From positions 62-64,061 of IMG/VR virus record IMGVR_UViG_3300045836_000083: DNA of 64,000 bases. One strand, given 5' to 3'. The notes under the pieces were generated by a model that saw only the letters and a list, made by a program, of their open reading frames with translations, made no database searches and was not told where the DNA came from. The position numbers and the translations under genes were made by a program. This document shows positions 32,286 through 42,685 of this stretch, piece by piece; positions within the stretch are counted from its first letter, which is position 1, and each line of letters begins with the position of its first letter. The DNA comes from a virus.

Positions 32286-33467
32286 ATGCCTGAAAATGTA
32301 GCAACAGTAGATCAGCCTCAAATATTGGAACAACAGCAACAAGCCGCGGTTGATAATGTAAATCAACAAATAGCAGAAAGTTTATGGAATAATGTGCCGA
32401 ATGCCTATCAATCGTCGGAGCAACCAGACCAAAATGCTGCCAATACTGATCAACCAAAACCTAATGAAGTTGCTACACCAGATATTGATTCTCAAGAGTT
32501 ATTAGGCGAGGATGAATATTTTCAAAAAAACTTTGGATTAAGCCTTAATGACTTTAAATCAAAATGGGAAACATTCAATAAACCGCAAGAGGCCGTACAG
32601 CCTCAAGAAGTAAAGTGGACATACGATGAATCCAAAGAAGATGAAATATATAATTATATTCATCAAAAAAGAGAGTTAGACCGCCTAGAAAAATATGATA
32701 TCGCAGACGCAAACCAAGCAGCAGAAATTCTACGTGCAAATCTCCAATATAAATACAAGGGCACTCTTTCATCTCAAGAAATAGATCGCTTATTTTCAAA
32801 ACAGTATTCACTACCTACAAAGCCCATCCAAAGTTTAGAGCAGACAGACGAGGATTATGCATTGGCTACCCAAGCATGGGAACAACAGGTAAGTGAAAAA
32901 CAAATGGATATGATTATAGAGGCTAAAATGACAAAGCCTGAATTATCCAAATTAAAAAGCCAAATAGTTCAACCAGAGATACAAAAGCCACAACTACAGC
33001 AACAAGGTCCAACCCAGGAAGAACTGGCTGCCGCAGAAGCTGGACGTAAGGCTTATTTAGGAGCATTGGAAAGTGGATATCAAAATTTTAAAGGATATAG
33101 TGTAGTAGCAAAAGACGGAGAAGTTCAATTGCCAATTAACTATACTGTTACCCCCGAAGAATTAACTGCTTCCAAACAAACGCTTGAAAATTTTAATATT
33201 AATGATTTTTTCGGTTCACGCTGGTTTGATGAAAGTGGAAATCCTAAAGTAACTGTCATGCAAGAAGATTTGTATGATTTGGTTAATCGGGATAAAATTC
33301 ATCAAAAAATAGCTAATGAGGCGGCTGCTCAAATGAAAGCCTACCTTATTAAAAACCAAAATAATATTAATCTTAATTCAGTAAATCAGAATATGGGGCC
33401 AACTGCAAATCAAGCACCTCCAAAAACTGAAAGTCAATCGTTAGCTGAGAATATTTGGAAGTTATAA
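32286..33467 (+). CDS. Capsid scaffolding protein
   Basis: Acidic, Q/E-rich coiled-coil directly before the MCP. Confidence 0.65.
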   Translation: MPENVATVDQPQILEQQQQAAVDNVNQQIAESLWNNVPNAYQSSEQPDQNAANTDQPKPNEVATPDIDSQELLGEDEYFQKNFGLSLNDFKSKWETFNKPQEAVQPQEVKWTYDESKEDEIYNYIHQKRELDRLEKYDIADANQAAEILRANLQYKYKGTLSSQEIDRLFSKQYSLPTKPIQSLEQTDEDYALATQAWEQQVSEKQMDMIIEAKMTKPELSKLKSQIVQPEIQKPQLQQQGPTQEELAAAEAGRKAYLGALESGYQNFKGYSVVAKDGEVQLPINYTVTPEELTASKQTLENFNINDFFGSRWFDESGNPKVTVMQEDLYDLVNRDKIHQKIANEAAAQMKAYLIKNQNNINLNSVNQNMGPTANQAPPKTESQSLAENIWKL

Positions 33468-33493
33468 ACCTTCACAATTAAAAATTAAAAACA

Positions 33494-34933
33494 ATGGCAG
33501 GCATTCCTACCAGTAATATATTGCAACCCGGTAATATTTCAGTTTCCGGTGGTGCAAATAGAACACTCGTTTCCAATTTACAATTACTTACTCCACAGTA
33601 CTATAAAACATTTGTTGAAAAATATGGGCCTGAAAACTGGACATGGTGGTTAGCCACATATGGAGGCATGGAACAAGTTTACAACCGTAATTTCTTCTGG
33701 TTTGAAAGCAGAGGTAAATTGCAAATTGGTATTCAACTTGCTTCCGATGTAACAGGGTTATCAGCAGGTTCAACTGCTGCTTGTACTTTGGCGGCTGGCT
33801 TCCATTATAATTCAGGTACTCAAACTCCATTAAGGGTTGGTGAAACAGTATATATCGCTTCTACAAACGTTGGAGCTGAAATTATAGCAATCACAGGAAC
33901 TACCCCGAATGCTTTTACCTTTAATTTACGGCCAAAACAATCTACTCAATCATTAGCATCTGCTGGTCAGGCATCTACCCTGCAAGCTACAGATGTATTA
34001 ATTTTTGGTGGTCGTACGGACGTGGGGGAAGCATCTGGTACAAGCGATCCTCAAGTTTATTTAACTCAACCGTACAATAATAACATTACTGAGTTTCACG
34101 ATACCTGGTCAGCTACTGACTTGGGTGAAATGACAGATGTATATATTGATACTGGCGTAAGTGGTTCGCCTATTGGCGGTGCTGCACAAGCAGGCACAAG
34201 CTACTTTACATACATGGGGTTAACAAAAGCATCTCAACGTTTCGTTAATAACGTAGAACGTAAATTGATGTTTGGTGATGCAGTTACAAATACAGGATTA
34301 GGGACTACGACATCCGTCGGTTCACAAGGTGTTTTACCATTTATTTTAGCTAACGGGGAAACTGTAAACTATTCAGTAGGTAATTTGGATATTGGATTTT
34401 TACATACTATGACGCGTGTAATGGATGTAAATGGATGTGTGAAACAAAATATGTGGATGGCAGATATTTTCCAACGCCAAGACTTTTCTGATGGTATTTT
34501 TACTCAATTCCCTGCTGGTTCTTTTGTTTGGGGATATGGTGAAAAGTCAGAAGAAGCTAGTCTAGCTTATGGTTTTAAAGTAATTGATATAGACGGGTAT
34601 CGTTTCCAAATTTCTAAATACAGAAACTTTAACTCGGAAGCTTATACGGGTCTTACTCCTGTCAATGACTATTTCCGTAACTACGGTTTCCTGTGTCCAA
34701 TGGGTGAAACCCCGGACGCTAAAACTCCATCAAGAGTATATAAGAATATTACCATAATGGCTCAACAACCCCCAAAAGGTGGTTCAGTCGGAAATGGTAT
34801 CCGCGTATGGAACTGGGGTGGTGGTTCAACCAATCCAACTGATGGAACATTGCGGGATAATATTGAAATGGCAACATATCGCGCAACACGTGTAGTTGCA
34901 GGCAACCAGTTTATCAATATTGTAGGAAGTTAA
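33494..34933 (+). CDS. Major capsid protein
   Basis: 479 aa Gly/Thr-rich protein after the scaffold and followed by a strong terminator; FFWFE N-arm motif typical of Bacteroidota phage MCPs. Confidence 0.85.
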   Translation: MAGIPTSNILQPGNISVSGGANRTLVSNLQLLTPQYYKTFVEKYGPENWTWWLATYGGMEQVYNRNFFWFESRGKLQIGIQLASDVTGLSAGSTAACTLAAGFHYNSGTQTPLRVGETVYIASTNVGAEIIAITGTTPNAFTFNLRPKQSTQSLASAGQASTLQATDVLIFGGRTDVGEASGTSDPQVYLTQPYNNNITEFHDTWSATDLGEMTDVYIDTGVSGSPIGGAAQAGTSYFTYMGLTKASQRFVNNVERKLMFGDAVTNTGLGTTTSVGSQGVLPFILANGETVNYSVGNLDIGFLHTMTRVMDVNGCVKQNMWMADIFQRQDFSDGIFTQFPAGSFVWGYGEKSEEASLAYGFKVIDIDGYRFQISKYRNFNSEAYTGLTPVNDYFRNYGFLCPMGETPDAKTPSRVYKNITIMAQQPPKGGSVGNGIRVWNWGGGSTNPTDGTLRDNIEMATYRATRVVAGNQFINIVGS

Positions 34934-34937
34934 TTAT

Positions 34938-34976
34938 ATAGGTAAAGCCCATATAAAATATATGGGCTTTACCTAT
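34938..34976 (+). terminator. Perfect 18-bp hairpin after the MCP
   Basis: ATAGGTAAAGCCCATATA-AAA-TATATGGGCTTTACCTAT followed by CTTATTT. Confidence 0.85.
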
Positions 34977-35045
34977 CTTATTTATTAATAGCGTAGTCCT
35001 GAAAAGGAGGTCACCCAAGCCTTAAATGCGCATAAAAATTACTTT

Positions 35046-35951
35046 ATGGCAACCTTAAGAGATGTTCAATTCGCTATGCATGGCGAACAAGATGTGGTAA
35101 ATAGTAACCACGATGATGATTATGTACCAGAGTTAAAAATAAAAAAGACAGATAAGCCTGATGAAGATAATGGCTATGTAATTTTTAAATTAGTAAGAAA
35201 AAATAGTAATGGAGTTTATATACAGCCTATTGACTATGTAATAAATCCTAAAGAGCCAGAAAAAGGATTACAAATGATTCGACTTTTGGAAGGAGTTTCT
35301 TCTATATGGGCATCAGATCAAAAAGATATTCCAGAAGCTAAGGCGGGAAAGATGATGCGGTTCATAGAATGGCCTAAAGGATCAAGGTTTATGTCAGTAC
35401 CTAAATGGGATAAGGCTAAGCTAGAATTTTTAGAATTGTGCTGCCATAATAGATTAAATCCAAATCGTACCAAAAGTAGTAAAACCGAGTTTTTTAAATA
35501 TGACCCCGAGCATGTAGCGAAAGAAAAGTTAGCTCAGGAAACTAAGGAAATTGAAATGTTATTAAAGGCACAGCAACAGCCTTTTGAAAAAATGAAAAAA
35601 CATGCCTTTTATTTAGGTATCAAACTTACCCATGATTTAACAGGAGCACCCAAATCAGAGGAAGCAGTAAGAATGGAATATCTTATTTATGCTAAAAGAA
35701 ATCCATCCGATTTTGAGGCAAGTTTTGATTCTAAAGAAGTAGACATATACTATAAAATAAGGCAAGCAGTTATTGATAGTAAATTGGATATAGCACGTGG
35801 GGACGGCCGAATATATTGGGGTAAAAATGGTGGTGTAGTTTGTAATATACCAAAATCAGATAATCCGATTAAATATTTAACAGAACTAGCATTGACCAAT
35901 ACAAAGGAAGGTAAAGAATTTAAGCAAGAACTTGAACGAATTGTAACATAA
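35046..35951 (+). CDS. Conserved-position protein after the MCP (function unknown)
   Basis: 301-aa ORF between the MCP and ring proteins. Confidence 0.6.
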   Translation: MATLRDVQFAMHGEQDVVNSNHDDDYVPELKIKKTDKPDEDNGYVIFKLVRKNSNGVYIQPIDYVINPKEPEKGLQMIRLLEGVSSIWASDQKDIPEAKAGKMMRFIEWPKGSRFMSVPKWDKAKLEFLELCCHNRLNPNRTKSSKTEFFKYDPEHVAKEKLAQETKEIEMLLKAQQQPFEKMKKHAFYLGIKLTHDLTGAPKSEEAVRMEYLIYAKRNPSDFEASFDSKEVDIYYKIRQAVIDSKLDIARGDGRIYWGKNGGVVCNIPKSDNPIKYLTELALTNTKEGKEFKQELERIVT

Positions 35952-35965
35952 AAGGGAGGTAGGTT

Positions 35966-36637
35966 TTGGATATAAATCAAATGTATCAACTTATACGTTT
36001 TATTATTAGAAAAAACCAGAATGGTAATTTAAATCCTTCTGATTTTAATAATATTATTAACGTTGCACAAAGTGGGTACATGGATTACCTCCTGGGAGAA
36101 TTTCAAAAATACACCCCTGGAAGACCGTGGGCCGCTGTAGAATTTGGCCAAAACCAAGATATTCGGCAGCGGCTTACACCTTTTATATCTTCACCAGTTC
36201 CATTAACTATTGATGGTAATGGAAAATCTACATACCCCATAGATTTTATAAATGCTGATGCAATGTATTACGGCATTTATAATAGGCGTGTAAAATTTAT
36301 TCAACAAGACAGGGTAGATAGTCATTTAAATAGTTATATCGACCCAATATCCAATAATCCTGTGTATTTAGTGATTGATACAGGCTTTCAATTTTATCCT
36401 AAAAATTTAGGATCAGCTTCATTGTCATACATAAAAAAACCGGCTACATTATTTTGGAACTCAACTACTGACATATATGGTCGTGTCAGTTATAATCCAA
36501 CAGGAAGCGTACAACCACAATGGAATGACTTGGACAGTTTAGAAATCGTTGTTCGTGCTTTAATACAAGTAGGTGTCAATTTGCAGTTAAGAGATGTTGA
36601 GCAATATGCTAACCTTATTAAACAAGGAGGCCAATAA
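35966..36637 (+). CDS. Head-tail ring/adaptor protein (start TTG 35966 or ATG 35981)
   Basis: About 220 aa with NGNLNPSDFNNIINVAQ helical start, in the ring-protein position. Confidence 0.6.
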   Translation: MDINQMYQLIRFIIRKNQNGNLNPSDFNNIINVAQSGYMDYLLGEFQKYTPGRPWAAVEFGQNQDIRQRLTPFISSPVPLTIDGNGKSTYPIDFINADAMYYGIYNRRVKFIQQDRVDSHLNSYIDPISNNPVYLVIDTGFQFYPKNLGSASLSYIKKPATLFWNSTTDIYGRVSYNPTGSVQPQWNDLDSLEIVVRALIQVGVNLQLRDVEQYANLIKQGGQ

Positions 36638-37281
36638 TGATAAGAGGTGCATTTTTGGAATCCATTTTAATGCAGATATATGGCGAGAAAATAACAGATG
36701 ATGCTGAAATTACCTATAACCTGGTAAATCTATATTGTCAGGAAGGAATTGCAGTAGCGGCACAAGCATCCTATAAAACTGCTATACAATTAGATGGGGT
36801 AGGATATATTAATAGTGGTTTTTATAGTACCTTTTCTGGATTGCCTATAGTTCAAGATAACACTGATAATCTATGTTATAAGTTTGTACTTCCAGAAATT
36901 CCAGTAGGTATTGCCGCAAATATGGGGGTGGCTGAGGTAAGATTTAAAGGTTCAGATGGTTTTACTTCTTTCCCAGGTATCCCGTTAAGCATGAATCAAT
37001 GGTCGTATTTTGATAGTATGCCTCCGATTGCTAATAAGGTTCTTTATTTACCAGAAGGGAAAACAGTAAGAGCCAAAACACCACTAATATTAAGTCTATA
37101 TACAGCAACGGTAAAAATAATTAGTGGAGGAGATACAACCGATCTAAACTCTGAGTTAAACGTTCCTCCCGATTCTATTCCTGTTATTCGTCAATATATT
37201 ATAGAAAAACTTTTAGCCCAACGTTCAATATCAACTGATGATGTAAATAATGGAAAAGATGATAATTTAAAACAATTATGA
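36637..37281 (+). CDS. Tail ring/adaptor protein
   Basis: Size, position and translational coupling. Confidence 0.55.
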   Translation: MIRGAFLESILMQIYGEKITDDAEITYNLVNLYCQEGIAVAAQASYKTAIQLDGVGYINSGFYSTFSGLPIVQDNTDNLCYKFVLPEIPVGIAANMGVAEVRFKGSDGFTSFPGIPLSMNQWSYFDSMPPIANKVLYLPEGKTVRAKTPLILSLYTATVKIISGGDTTDLNSELNVPPDSIPVIRQYIIEKLLAQRSISTDDVNNGKDDNLKQL

Positions 37282-37547
37282 TAAAACCTATAAGAGATAA
37301 TATTGTAGTACAAGCATTCCCATCAGATGAAATTTCAGATGGCGGTATTTTTGTTTCAGAAGCACATAGAGAAGTAAGTTGCAAAATGAAGGTAATTGCA
37401 GTAGGAAATGGAACTAAAAAAGAGCCCATGAAACTAAAACAGGGAGATGTCGTATTTAGAGTAAAGGGAATGGGAACAGAAATAGAAATTAATAAACAGA
37501 CCTATTTTATAGTTAAACAATCGTGGTTAATTGCTCAATTAAATTAA
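37278..37547 (+). CDS. groES: GroES co-chaperonin
   Basis: MIKPIRDNIVV...SDGGIFV (mobile loop)...KVIAVGNG...LKQGDVV...GTEIEI...YFIVKQSWLIA. Confidence 0.92.
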   Translation: MIKPIRDNIVVQAFPSDEISDGGIFVSEAHREVSCKMKVIAVGNGTKKEPMKLKQGDVVFRVKGMGTEIEINKQTYFIVKQSWLIAQLN

Positions 37548-37548
37548 T

Positions 37549-38316
37549 ATGAGCCAACATCAACAATGGTGTGTTTTGGATGAGTGTATAAATTCCTATT
37601 TAGATGAGTCGGAACAAAGCATTCATAAATTCTACAAAATATGGCAATTAGCTTTCAGGGTTATGACAGATCTTGGGATAGATTTTTTCTATCAAATTAA
37701 ATCTGTAAAGCTCCCAGTTAATCCAAACTTCACTGTTAATTTACCATCAGATTGTTTAAAGTGGACAAAAATAGGAGTACTTAATGATATAGGTGAAATA
37801 ATTCCTTTAAAGTACAATGATAAACTAACATCCTATGGACAGTTTCCCGGTAATAGGTTACAGAAAACACAGGATGATACATTATTCAATTTATTTCTTT
37901 TTAATACTCCTATATGGTATAACTATTGGACTGGTAACTCATTTTCTACGCTTTATGGAATGCCAAGTGGGGCACCCTTTGTAGGAAATTTTAAAGTAGA
38001 TAATAATACTGGAATAATCCTTTTAAATGAAACATTTACCTATCAATATATAATGGTTGAATATATTGCTAATCCGCAACAAGATCAGCAATACTTTATT
38101 CCAATTCAATTTAAAGAAGCTATTATAGCAGGGTTGGCATGGTTGGATATTAGATCAATTCCATATTCTCGTAGAGGTAATTTAGGCGATAAGCGTGATA
38201 GGAAACATGAGTTTTATAATCAAAGGCGTCTAGCTTGGGCAAGATATCGACCACTTTACCTGACCGAAGCATACGAATGGGCGCAAACCAATACACGACT
38301 TACGGTAAAATTGTAA
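37549..38316 (+). CDS. Tail ring/tubular protein
   Basis: 255 aa directly before the nozzle gene. Confidence 0.55.
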   Translation: MSQHQQWCVLDECINSYLDESEQSIHKFYKIWQLAFRVMTDLGIDFFYQIKSVKLPVNPNFTVNLPSDCLKWTKIGVLNDIGEIIPLKYNDKLTSYGQFPGNRLQKTQDDTLFNLFLFNTPIWYNYWTGNSFSTLYGMPSGAPFVGNFKVDNNTGIILLNETFTYQYIMVEYIANPQQDQQYFIPIQFKEAIIAGLAWLDIRSIPYSRRGNLGDKRDRKHEFYNQRRLAWARYRPLYLTEAYEWAQTNTRLTVKL

Positions 38317-38319
38317 AAT

Positions 38320-41300
38320 ATGGTTCAGGCATTCCCTTTTGGTGGTGTATTAAATACGGACGATCCTGATGAAGTAATACCAACTATTCATCACAGGAAT
38401 GCGTCCAATATTATATTCAAAGGAAGCCAGCCACATCTAAGAATAGAAAATGTTCCAGGGACAAGAGAAAAAACAAATCCATTTTTAATTAACGATGGTA
38501 ATAATCTAACCATAGGAAGATTTTACGACAGTGTAAAAAAGAGAATATTCTTTTTTAATTATCGGGGAGATTACAATAAGGCGATTTATATGTATGATAC
38601 AGTAGCTTTATTGTTTTACAGGTTGGTAGAGGGAACGGTTAATGCAGATATAAACGCATTAGCTTTTACACAAAATGTTATAAGTAATATCAATATTATT
38701 TATGGCGACAGTGCGCAGGGAGATATATTGTATTGGATAGATGGTGACGGAACTCCAAAAAAGATTAATATTGATCGCGCTATAAGTGGTGGCTATGGAA
38801 CTATAAAAAAATCATACTTAGAGGTAGCGAAAGAGCCAGCATATATTCCCCCTTATGTAGTATATGAAGATGATCCATCCAATACAGTAAATAACTGTAG
38901 GAAAAAATTATTTAGATTTAAAATAAGATGGGTTTTTGATGATCACGACAAATCGGTAACAAGTAGCCAAAGTGAAATGCCTTTACCTATAAATGCTTTT
39001 GATCAAGCTACAGATTCCGATCCAACAAAAAACTGTCGTATAGCTATAGTTTATCAAACAGGAGCATCTAATGTAAAAAAAATAGAAATATTAGCATCGA
39101 ACTCGTTGGGAACAACAATGTCTGATTTTTATTTAGTAGCCTCTCTGGATAAAAGTGTAAATAATATAGCTGACAATGATGTTAATACGTTCCTATTTTA
39201 TAATGATCAAGGGTATTCAAACATTGATATAACTGAAAGTGATCAAATTTTTGATTATGTTCCTATTCAGACTACTGTACAAACTGTATTAAACGGTAAT
39301 GTTTTAGCGTATGGTAATATAACTGAGGGGTATTCAAATCTTACTAATTTTAGTGATGGTTCTAATACTAGTAATATATCGAGTAATCAAGCTACCTATT
39401 ATACCGGAATTTATTTTACTAAATTAATTGCTAATCAGTCGGGTGACAGTGGTTTTGGTTCAGGATCTATACATATAGTAATACGAGGGACTGTACTTTC
39501 ATTAATAGGAACCCTTGATACCTATAGTGTATATTTAACCGATGGGACTAGCTTAGATTATACGGTAAATAATGGAGATGGAGTTGCAGATGTAATAAAC
39601 GGATTAAGAAATGCTGCAATATCTGCTGGATTTACAATTTTAAGCACTGGCAGTAATGATTTGTACATAACTAGAATCGCTACATCTCTTGCTAGAGCTA
39701 TAATAACATCACCGAACTACCAATATAATTCTTTATTTAATACATCCTTGAATGCTTATGATTGGTCGAGCAAATATGGGTTTGGGTTAGTATATTATGA
39801 TCAAAAAGGCAGAACTAATGGAGTAGTTTATACTACGGGGTTTTCTATACAGACTATCCCTTATTCCGAAAGTTCAAACATCACACAAACGCCCTTATTG
39901 AATGCCACTATATATCATCAACCACCCATTTGGGCATATTATTATCAATGGGTAAGGACAAAAAATTTAAGCAAAGATTTAAAATTACAATGGATAACAG
40001 ACAGAACGTTTAAAGATACAGCAGCGGTTTCAGGAGTATCTCAATATGCTTACATGAGTATCGAATCTGTAAATGTATTTGTTAGAAATAATCCCGGAAG
40101 CCCTTTAGGATACACCTTTGCAGCAGGAGATAGAGTGCGATTTTTTAAGAGGTATAATGATGATACAACTACAGCTAATCTGTATGGTAATTCCAAGGAT
40201 TTTGAAATTACCGGTTCGGTAACAGACCCTACTATCAATGGAGCAACACAAGTAGGACAATTTATAAAAATATTGTTGCCTCCTACAGATGGTTCATTTG
40301 ATTTTGGAACAGGCTTTAATAATTATTTTATAGAACTTTATACTCCTGCTCAACCCGTAGCTAATAATTTAAATCTATACTATGAATTTGGAGAAAGGTA
40401 TACGATTCAAAACCCAGGGTTATTAAATAGAACCCATCAAGGACAAACTCAAAATCAAATACAATCACTTCAACCAGCTTTATTCTCCCTTATAAAAGGG
40501 GATTTTTATGTAAGGTTAAGGTCTATACAGACAGGAAATATTTATACCTGGAATATACCATTATCGCCAGCAACAGGATTTAGATTTTTGGTTCCATTAA
40601 ATTTTGTCGGGTCTAGTTATAATAACTCAAATGTAACAGCTCATAGCGTACCATTGGTAGGGATAGGAAACACCTTCGATGCATCTACAGATACAAGATG
40701 GTTAATATCAGTAGGAGGGACTGCTACCACTTTTAAGGTAGGTGGTTCTATATCCTTAAATTTTCCATCTTCCAGAACTGGTGATACGTGGACTATAATA
40801 GCCGTTAATAAATACCATGATATTTACCAATTAGTAGCCCCATTTGATTGTAGTGCAGCCGGAACTTATACGTTTGCAATTACTTCTGTATTTCATATAA
40901 ATACAGGAGAAATAAGTGATTCTATAACACTTCAAAACGACAATCTATTTTTAATTGCTGAATCAGTTAATAACCTAAGCGATAGGCAAGTAACATTTCT
41001 ATCTTCTACCTTTACCCTTACAATAAATCACATTATTCCTCAAAGGATAATAGACCCTAATTTTTCTGATTTCTATATAAGTTCAGTAAATTCAAACGGT
41101 AGAGCATTCCCATTTGACGAAAATGCAAATCAAGTTAATTATCCCACGATGTATCGGTGGTCATTAGCATATCAAACTGATACAAATATTAATCAGACAT
41201 GCCGTTTTTATGCTCAGAATTTCGACACATTATTAAGAGATTACGGGGCGATAATGAGAATGATGATATGGGATAAAAGACTAACTATATTCCAGGAAAG

Positions 41301-42246
41301 AAAGTGTGGACAAGTTGGTGTATATATGAAATTCATTACTACAACCACAGGTAGCCAACAATTAATAACTAGTTCAGATATTATTACTACTAATAATGTT
41401 CAATATTATGCCGGAGAATATGGGGTGGGTAATCAAGGTGATAGTGTGGTTCAAAGTGGCTTTGTTTATTATTTTGTTGACCCAGTAAAAGGAGAACAAT
41501 GCAGATTAAGTGGAGACGGCATAATACCTTTATCTACGCTTTATAAAACTAAAACATGGGCATCATCAAACATATCAAAGTATTTAAATACTTATAATTA
41601 TACATATGGTGGGCCCGCTAGAATAACAGGGACATTCAATATAAGAAAAGATAATGTAGGAGAATATTTATGTGTATTACAAGCAGGAGTATTAGGAGGA
41701 AATACTTTAATAGGGCAAACAATATCATTTGATGAAACGAAAAATTGTTTTACATCGTTTTATTCATTTGCACCCGAATGTATTGTGTGTGCAGATACTA
41801 CATTGTATAGTTGGGTTAATGGTAAAATGTACATTCACGATGTAATAACTAATGGGGGTATGAATGACTTTTATGGAATCAAATATGAGTCAAATATAAA
41901 CAGGATATTCAATGAACATTTAATGCAAAAAAAATCATGGATTAGTGTAACTCAACTAGGTAATGTTATTTGGGATTGTCCGGAAATTTATACAAACGAA
42001 ATGAGTTATGCAAATACACCACAACAAAGTAACCTTATAACTCAGGACTTCAATAATACAGAGGGTCAATTTAATGCTAGTTTTCTTTCTGATATTAATT
42101 CACAAGGGGGCATTAGCGATGGTGATTCTTTAAAGGGGTCATTAATATCTATAACATTCAGATTAAGACTAGATGATGCCGGTAATTATTCATTTTTATC
42201 CGGTATATATATTAAGTTTATTGATTCTCCATTAAATGCACAATAG
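38320..42246 (+). CDS. Tail nozzle/stabilisation protein (P22 gp10-like, crAss muzzle-like)
   Basis: 1308 aa, beta-rich; N-terminal FGGVLNTDDPD and late-domain YAGEYGVGN...FVDPVKG, FYSFAPE; expected position. Confidence 0.7.
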   Translation: MVQAFPFGGVLNTDDPDEVIPTIHHRNASNIIFKGSQPHLRIENVPGTREKTNPFLINDGNNLTIGRFYDSVKKRIFFFNYRGDYNKAIYMYDTVALLFYRLVEGTVNADINALAFTQNVISNINIIYGDSAQGDILYWIDGDGTPKKINIDRAISGGYGTIKKSYLEVAKEPAYIPPYVVYEDDPSNTVNNCRKKLFRFKIRWVFDDHDKSVTSSQSEMPLPINAFDQATDSDPTKNCRIAIVYQTGASNVKKIEILASNSLGTTMSDFYLVASLDKSVNNIADNDVNTFLFYNDQGYSNIDITESDQIFDYVPIQTTVQTVLNGNVLAYGNITEGYSNLTNFSDGSNTSNISSNQATYYTGIYFTKLIANQSGDSGFGSGSIHIVIRGTVLSLIGTLDTYSVYLTDGTSLDYTVNNGDGVADVINGLRNAAISAGFTILSTGSNDLYITRIATSLARAIITSPNYQYNSLFNTSLNAYDWSSKYGFGLVYYDQKGRTNGVVYTTGFSIQTIPYSESSNITQTPLLNATIYHQPPIWAYYYQWVRTKNLSKDLKLQWITDRTFKDTAAVSGVSQYAYMSIESVNVFVRNNPGSPLGYTFAAGDRVRFFKRYNDDTTTANLYGNSKDFEITGSVTDPTINGATQVGQFIKILLPPTDGSFDFGTGFNNYFIELYTPAQPVANNLNLYYEFGERYTIQNPGLLNRTHQGQTQNQIQSLQPALFSLIKGDFYVRLRSIQTGNIYTWNIPLSPATGFRFLVPLNFVGSSYNNSNVTAHSVPLVGIGNTFDASTDTRWLISVGGTATTFKVGGSISLNFPSSRTGDTWTIIAVNKYHDIYQLVAPFDCSAAGTYTFAITSVFHINTGEISDSITLQNDNLFLIAESVNNLSDRQVTFLSSTFTLTINHIIPQRIIDPNFSDFYISSVNSNGRAFPFDENANQVNYPTMYRWSLAYQTDTNINQTCRFYAQNFDTLLRDYGAIMRMMIWDKRLTIFQERKCGQVGVYMKFITTTTGSQQLITSSDIITTNNVQYYAGEYGVGNQGDSVVQSGFVYYFVDPVKGEQCRLSGDGIIPLSTLYKTKTWASSNISKYLNTYNYTYGGPARITGTFNIRKDNVGEYLCVLQAGVLGGNTLIGQTISFDETKNCFTSFYSFAPECIVCADTTLYSWVNGKMYIHDVITNGGMNDFYGIKYESNINRIFNEHLMQKKSWISVTQLGNVIWDCPEIYTNEMSYANTPQQSNLITQDFNNTEGQFNASFLSDINSQGGISDGDSLKGSLISITFRLRLDDAGNYSFLSGIYIKFIDSPLNAQ

Positions 42247-42248
42247 AT

Positions 42249-42683
42249 ATGGTATCAAAATATATAAACCAAGAGGAATTTAAACAAGCGATCAAGGTGG
42301 CATTTGTGAATGATACCGCCGTGTTCACCTTATATAATCCTAATACACCCGTACGAACAGTAGAAGATATAATAAAAGATATTTCTACAAGAATACATGC
42401 AGATGTAACAAATGCAGAAATTAAGGGCGTATATGATAAAAATACATTAGTAGGATACTATGTAATAGATATGCCTCATAAGACATTAGTGAGCTTTGGG
42501 TTGAATATAGGTTATAGAAAAAGGAAGTATTTGAAGAAATTTTGGTCCTTAATACGTACGGATTTAAAAGGTATATTTCAGTGCTTTTTATGGAGCAGAA
42601 ATGCACGTGCATGCAAATGGTTACAAAAAAATGGAATGAAAATAATAGCAGCAGATAATTTGCTAACACATTTAACTTTTTAA
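42249..42683 (+). CDS. GNAT-like protein between the nozzle and ejection genes
   Basis: SFGLNIGYRKRKYL and NARACKWLQKNGM resemble GNAT motifs A and B. Confidence 0.5.
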   Translation: MVSKYINQEEFKQAIKVAFVNDTAVFTLYNPNTPVRTVEDIIKDISTRIHADVTNAEIKGVYDKNTLVGYYVIDMPHKTLVSFGLNIGYRKRKYLKKFWSLIRTDLKGIFQCFLWSRNARACKWLQKNGMKIIAADNLLTHLTF

Positions 42684-42685
42684 AG

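Noticed and set aside
33861-33875. Possible fifth operator copy CTACAAACGTTGGAG
   Set aside because: It has a 1-nt insertion plus a mismatch and lies inside the MCP.
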